Source of the DNA: Paramicrosporidium saccamoebae KSL3
Lineage: Eukaryota > Fungi > Cryptomycota
Direction of reading: 5' to 3'
Length of the DNA stretch: 32,000 nucleotides
NCBI GenBank assembly: GCA_002794465.1
Contig: MTSL01000150.1
Coordinates: 1 to 32,000, forward strand
The notes under the pieces were generated by a model, which saw only the letters and a list, made by a program, of their open reading frames with translations, was not told the origin of the DNA and did not search any database. This document shows, piece by piece, positions 26,979 through 32,000 of this stretch (its first letter is position 1; each line of letters starts with the position of its first letter). Position numbers and translations under genes: made by a program.

Positions 26979-28439
26979 ATGAAGTCCTTCGACGCCCTTT
27001 TATTTACATTATATGTATGCTCTCTAGCACTTGCTAGTAGTAGTGAGCATCCAGCTCAGGATCATCTGTCCATCTTTACGAGGGATAGCACTGAAGAGAG
27101 TGACGAGTCTGATAAATCCGTCCCTTCTTTTAGCGCCCTGCTAGAGTCACTTCGTGGCGGCTCGACGTTCAAACATCTCGAGACTACAGAACCTCTACCT
27201 AGTTTTTTTTCACAGAGACCACGGACTGAAGCATCAAGAGCAGCTACTGAAAATCTGGTGGTCCGTCCCAAAAAGTTTCCGGGTCCGTTGCTTGCCACCG
27301 TGGTACCTGATCTCTTGCCACCTACCCCCCAAGAAACGAGTGGTTCGAGGCCCATCAGGCCAGTATTCGACAAAACTGTTAGTTCAAACCCCGAAATTAA
27401 AGTGCTCCGATTACCTTCAAGGTCTAATCAGGTACGACAGATGGACAAGACAAATTTCCACTTTCCCCCAGACCAGTATAATCCGGAGAATGGTAGCTCA
27501 GCAGCATACCCACGTACAGCAACAGTACCGCCGCCAGAGTTACGACCTGTGCAAGCAAAACCTATAGAGTCCGATTTCTACCCTTCCAGAAGATCGGTTG
27601 GCACTGTAACCTCGCCTCCCCGGCCAGAATTCCGGCTGTATCCAACTGTTCAGCCCAGCGATCAGCCAATGTATCAAGGCATAAATAGCAGTCAGACGAC
27701 AGGACCTGCACCTGTCCGTACACAAGCACAAGTGGACAAGCCCGACTCTTTTCTAACCTTAGATACACAAAACGCGACTATACATCAGACATCAGTGGGA
27801 CGAGCGGAATGGTTTAGGAAATCTTACAACCACAACTCCGCATCCCAAACTACTAGGCCGAATTCAGAGTCGCCGGTTGTTTTCTCCGAACGTCATTATT
27901 GTGGATTCTTACGTCCCAAAGAGTCAACGTCCCATCTATGGAGCAGAGGTGGCTTCATGGGCTACAGAATAACTGGTCAGCAAATGTTTTTCTTGGATGG
28001 TTACGCGCTTGGAATTAAATTGAACCATGGGCGTATTGAAACGTGGAGAAACTGTGATCTTGATGAGGAAGCCTTGCAGTTTGAAACATTCAAGGCCAAG
28101 TATCCATTGGAAAAGGATGGTCTTGTCGTTTCCCTTCGTGATAATCGTCAATTGGTTATGGCTGCCTATGGTCTCTCTCCCCTCGGAGCGATTCTCCTCC
28201 GCTCTAATGGAACTCATCTCCTCCCTATCGCTCGTTCAATCGATGGTACTGTCAAACCTTTTGATGTGCAAGATGGGGATGTTGTTGTGGTGGGACCATT
28301 GGATAGCATATTACGTCTGGAATCGAAAGATCTCCAAATGGCCTCTGGAGATTCACCAAAAACGATTCTCGAAAGTTTCAAAACTCAGGTCGACAGATCG
28401 CTTCATGTTGTCGCTACCATATCCACTAATGGTGACTAG
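26979..28439 (+). CDS. Secreted protein with a Pro/Ser-rich linker and a degenerate PP2C(PPM)-like C-terminal domain, copy 1
   Basis: Signal peptide MKSFDALLFTLYVCSLALA. The C-terminal FFLDG / AAYGLSPLGAILLRSNG / VQDGDVVVVG / SLHVVATI segments follow PPM motif order. The gene is secure; the fold call is moderate. Confidence 0.75.
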   Translation: MKSFDALLFTLYVCSLALASSSEHPAQDHLSIFTRDSTEESDESDKSVPSFSALLESLRGGSTFKHLETTEPLPSFFSQRPRTEASRAATENLVVRPKKFPGPLLATVVPDLLPPTPQETSGSRPIRPVFDKTVSSNPEIKVLRLPSRSNQVRQMDKTNFHFPPDQYNPENGSSAAYPRTATVPPPELRPVQAKPIESDFYPSRRSVGTVTSPPRPEFRLYPTVQPSDQPMYQGINSSQTTGPAPVRTQAQVDKPDSFLTLDTQNATIHQTSVGRAEWFRKSYNHNSASQTTRPNSESPVVFSERHYCGFLRPKESTSHLWSRGGFMGYRITGQQMFFLDGYALGIKLNHGRIETWRNCDLDEEALQFETFKAKYPLEKDGLVVSLRDNRQLVMAAYGLSPLGAILLRSNGTHLLPIARSIDGTVKPFDVQDGDVVVVGPLDSILRLESKDLQMASGDSPKTILESFKTQVDRSLHVVATISTNGD

Positions 28440-28732
28440 AATAAACACATTGATTCGCCAAAGCTGTTGATTTGCTTAATGTCATTCTACACACAGGTGG
28501 CATTCTCAGTAACTAGTGCCCAGTTTATAGTCTTTTGGGCTATCTTTATATGACAAAAGTATTCTTATTTGCGACTCTGGCACATGTAGAGGTGAATTGA
28601 GATCACTCATTTACTGAAAATACAACTGTCCGATATAAGTGATATGACTTGGTTAGACCAGATTCTCGACTAGTGTCACAACATTTAGAGTTTCTGTGAT
28701 AATCCTCACAATATCCTAACCAGGGGCCGTTC

Positions 28733-30208
28733 ATGAAGCTTCTTGACGTCCTTTTACTTGCAATATGTGTATGTACTTTAGCATTGGGTGATCGTCTAAA
28801 GCAAAACAGGCCCTCTAATATTGAGTGGATTAGCACCGAAGAGAGTGACGAGCATGGCAAATCTGTCCCTTCCTTTAGTGCCTTGATAAAGTCGCTTCGC
28901 AACGGCTCGACGTCCGGACCTCTCGAGACTTCAGAGCCTCTACAAGAGTTTTTCGCACAATTACCACAACCTGGATTAACGAGAGAAAATATTGAAACTT
29001 CAGTGACCCGTCCCAAAACGTTTCGTGACCCGTTGCTTGCTATCCGGGAGCCTGATGCTTCACCACTCGCCTCCCAAGTACTAAGTGATCTGACACTTGG
29101 CATTCCAGCATCCAATAGCTCTGATGATCTAAAACTCGGAAACAAAGCACTCCGGCCACTCTCAAGGCCTAATCCAGAACTTCAGGTGCGAAAGACTGAT
29201 TTCTATTCTCGCCCAGGCCAGCCGAATACGGGGAGGCGGATAATAGCGCCCCCACTTATGGCCGTAATACCAGCCTCAGAGCCGTGTTCTGTACAAACAA
29301 AGATTATTGGGTCCGATCTTCGCCCTTCCAGTGGGACGGTTGGCGCTGCCAAGCCGCCTTCTCAGTCAACATGTCACCCGTATTTAACTTTTCAGTCCAT
29401 AGGTCAACAAACGCATCAAAAAACTACAAATCCTGAAGCCTTAGAGTCAGTACCTATCCATAAACAATTACAAGCGAACAGATCCGGCCCTCATCCATCC
29501 TTAGACACACAAAACGAGACAACACTTCGAACAGTATTCGAACGAGCACAATGGTTTCAGAGTTCTACTACCTATTACTATAGCTCTCAGACCGCTTCTC
29601 CAGATTTGCAGTCGCCAATTGTCTTCTCTCAGCGCCACTACCACGGAGTGATACGCCCCAAAATGTATAGTAGCCACATGGTGGCCAAGAGTCGCTTCAT
29701 GGGCTCTAAAATATCTTCGAGCCGTATATTGTTCTTGGACAATTACAGGATTGGCAATCCAATAAGCCAGACACGTGACATGAACTGGGACTCACATAAG
29801 CTTGATGAAAATGGACTGCAGCTTGAAAACTTTAAGGTTTTGTACCCATCGATGAAGGATGGCCTTGTTGTTTCTCTTTGTGATAACTGTCAATTGGTTT
29901 TGGCATCCTATGGTCTCCCCCCACTCGGAGCGATTCTTCTCCGCTCTGATGGGACTCGCCTTTCCCCCATTGCGCGTTCGCTCGATGACACTGTTAAATC
30001 TTATCACGTGCAAGATGATGATGTTGTTGTGGTGGGTTCACTCAGTAAAATTTCGCAGTTGGGATCAAAAGTCCTCCAACTGACCTCTAAAGATTCGCCA
30101 GAAACAATTGCTGAAAAACTCTGTTTCCAGGTTGGCAAATCAGTTTATGTCATCGCCATTATTTCCACCGTCCCGACCAGTTCTACGAGTTCCACTAGTG
30201 GCGACTAG
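28733..30208 (+). CDS. Secreted protein with a degenerate PP2C(PPM)-like C-terminal domain, copy 2 (tandem paralog)
   Basis: Colinear with 26979-28439, including the signal peptide, STEESDE..KSVPSFSAL and LGAILLRSxG. The 5' and 3' flanks are also similar. Confidence 0.75.
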   Translation: MKLLDVLLLAICVCTLALGDRLKQNRPSNIEWISTEESDEHGKSVPSFSALIKSLRNGSTSGPLETSEPLQEFFAQLPQPGLTRENIETSVTRPKTFRDPLLAIREPDASPLASQVLSDLTLGIPASNSSDDLKLGNKALRPLSRPNPELQVRKTDFYSRPGQPNTGRRIIAPPLMAVIPASEPCSVQTKIIGSDLRPSSGTVGAAKPPSQSTCHPYLTFQSIGQQTHQKTTNPEALESVPIHKQLQANRSGPHPSLDTQNETTLRTVFERAQWFQSSTTYYYSSQTASPDLQSPIVFSQRHYHGVIRPKMYSSHMVAKSRFMGSKISSSRILFLDNYRIGNPISQTRDMNWDSHKLDENGLQLENFKVLYPSMKDGLVVSLCDNCQLVLASYGLPPLGAILLRSDGTRLSPIARSLDDTVKSYHVQDDDVVVVGSLSKISQLGSKVLQLTSKDSPETIAEKLCFQVGKSVYVIAIISTVPTSSTSSTSGD

Positions 30209-30641
30209 AATAGATCTGGTGTTTCGCTAGAGTTGTTGATTTTTTGGTGTCATTCTCGGTAACTAGCGCTCCGCCTCAATGGCTTTCTGGAATCTTTTCA
30301 GGACAGAAATGTCCTCGTCTGCAATTCTGGCACGTATGCTTTAGTAAATATACTGTTGGGCAGAAATTCATTGTTCCAACCCTTAAGGGGTCGATTATGG
30401 TAGCGCCCTAAAATTTTATTACTGGGAATGGACAATCGAGTACCTTGTTATCCAATGTATTCCTCTCATAGTCTAGAATCGAGCCGGCCATCAGGACATG
30501 GGCTAATGTGGCATAATTACAGCTATCCAGAAAAGGGTCCGTACAGGATGGCGGACGCATAATAAAAGAGTGCACGGTGATTGGTCGAAGAGTAAACAAT
30601 AGCAATCAAGCCGGCCCACAGCTACGCCTCATGAGAAAGAC

Positions 30642-32000
30642 ATGACGTTTATATTTATTGCATATCTTTGCTTAGTTGGAGGAGAGATGATCTCCTGGAT
30701 GCCGATCAGACCCGAGCGCCCGGCTGGGTTTGTTGGCTTTTCGGGGGTAATCACAGTACCACTGTTTTACAACAATACAACGAATACGCTGGACATTTTT
30801 GCAAGGAAATTTCTCAAAGATGGACAGACAGTGGGAAAGATTGTGCATCTGGTGGTGGGTGGGCCAGGACAGTCCAGTGACGTGTGGTTGTCTCATTTGG
30901 AGGGGCTGACAACAATGTTTGGCAGCGATACGCTCTTTGTGATTACTGACCATCGCGGCATGGGAAGGAGTAGCCCGTTATGCAGTCCCCACGATATTAG
31001 TTGGGAGACTAACTGGGGAGGATTTATGGCCAAACTAAAATACCCGATCAAGGCGATTACGGTCAGCAATGCTGGGCGGGATCTGGTGAGGATAGCCGAG
31101 TGTCTCCGAGAAGAGTTTCCTGCGGTCGAACAGATTGTTGTTGGGTCATCATATGGCAGTAGAGTAGCCACGGCAGCAATCAATACCTCTCCAGACATTT
31201 TCAAAGTCGCCATAATGGACGGTCTAGACGTGGAAAACATGGCCGGTCTGGGTCCTGTGCGGATTGGGGCACTACTGGACAATTGTCGTCGAAACCATTA
31301 TTGCCACCGTGTGGTCGGCGAGCCGGAGAGACTGGAAAAGCTAATTCCCGCGATTCGGGCGGAGAGGAATGGTTGCACACGACTGTTCTTTGCGGCCATG
31401 AAACAGCATCTCAGAATAGATGTCGAGTGTGATGCACTGGAACTTGCCTTTTATAAGCTTCTCATTGCCAAATCAACTCCAGAGAAACGACAAATCCCCG
31501 CCATGTTGGTGCTGGCCCTCTTAAAGCAATTTGAGGAATGTTCTGATGAGGTAATGGTCCAACGCATGACAGAAAAGACGATACGCTCTCTGAAAAAGTC
31601 TGGCATTGTCACAAGCTCTGGTTCTGGAACACCCGACGACTTACTAGTTCACCTCTATATCAGTGCAAGCGAAAAATGGCATGGTACCCCGCCGCCATAT
31701 TGCCAGGTGAAATGCGACGCACGCGCATACAAGTTTTGCATTACTGCAGCCATGTATCAACGATATCGGGACCATTTTGGAGATTCTGTATATTTGCCAG
31801 TTGGGCCAAGTCAACAGCCTTTGACAGGTAACACGCGAGTGTTGGTGTTGGCCGGTGCCTTGGATTACTCTACGCCGCTGGTTGCAGCTGAGACCTTGGT
31901 AGCCAAGATGAAAGTGCCTAGTAAGCAGATCCTCGTCTTTCGAAACCGTGGACACGGACTGCTGCATAACACAGAGTGTGTTCGGCGAGCAATCAAGGCG
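30642..32000 (+). CDS. Secreted alpha/beta hydrolase, peptidase S33/TAP-like (runs off the window end; absent from the ORF track)
   Basis: I translated a stop-free frame from ATG 30642 to 32000 (453 codons): signal-like MTFIFIAYLCLVGG, GGPG, DHRGMGRS, nucleophile GSSYG, VLVLAGALDYSTP (Asp) and NRGHG (His). Confidence 0.88.
   Translation, partial: MTFIFIAYLCLVGGEMISWMPIRPERPAGFVGFSGVITVPLFYNNTTNTLDIFARKFLKDGQTVGKIVHLVVGGPGQSSDVWLSHLEGLTTMFGSDTLFVITDHRGMGRSSPLCSPHDISWETNWGGFMAKLKYPIKAITVSNAGRDLVRIAECLREEFPAVEQIVVGSSYGSRVATAAINTSPDIFKVAIMDGLDVENMAGLGPVRIGALLDNCRRNHYCHRVVGEPERLEKLIPAIRAERNGCTRLFFAAMKQHLRIDVECDALELAFYKLLIAKSTPEKRQIPAMLVLALLKQFEECSDEVMVQRMTEKTIRSLKKSGIVTSSGSGTPDDLLVHLYISASEKWHGTPPPYCQVKCDARAYKFCITAAMYQRYRDHFGDSVYLPVGPSQQPLTGNTRVLVLAGALDYSTPLVAAETLVAKMKVPSKQILVFRNRGHGLLHNTECVRRAIKA

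Noticed and set aside
81-31967. The many short or antisense ORFs in the track (e.g. 2660-3013, 6048-6467, 8086-8565, 22409-22894, 30893-31282, 31644-31967)
   Set aside because: They lie opposite or out of frame within better-supported genes and have no motifs.
1-32000. tRNA, rRNA or prokaryotic operon signals
   Set aside because: No tRNA cloverleaf, T-loop or rRNA-like segment was found by eye. Spliceosomal introns and eukaryote-specific genes rule out a prokaryotic origin.

Overview
This is a compact, gene-dense eukaryotic window. I infer a reduced fungus-related parasite of the Rozellomycota/early-microsporidia grade (Paramicrosporidium-like) from the fungal-type housekeeping genes, retained TIM22 import genes, very short intergenic gaps and ~30-nt introns; the taxon cannot be confirmed without a search. 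There are about 24 gene models. Conserved genes are Tim22, Tim10, an Esc2/Rad60-like SUMO-domain protein, a Nup49/Nup58-like nucleoporin, an RFC small subunit, an RMI1-like OB fold, SF3A2/Prp11 and a PH-CRIB PAK kinase. They are interleaved with unrecognised multigene families: paired membrane proteins (families A and B, 1-5400), a ~520-545 aa signal-peptide family (3-4 members), two tandem secreted proteins with a degenerate PP2C-like domain, a Ser-rich secreted protein, a secreted S1/P1 nuclease and a secreted S33-type hydrolase. Non-coding structure includes a 230-bp solo LTR with a 4-bp target-site duplication, two more copies of that LTR family (one abutting gene A1), several minisatellites, and seven reconstructed spliceosomal introns of 29-37 nt, all GTA...TAG. 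No rRNA, tRNA or CRISPR was found.
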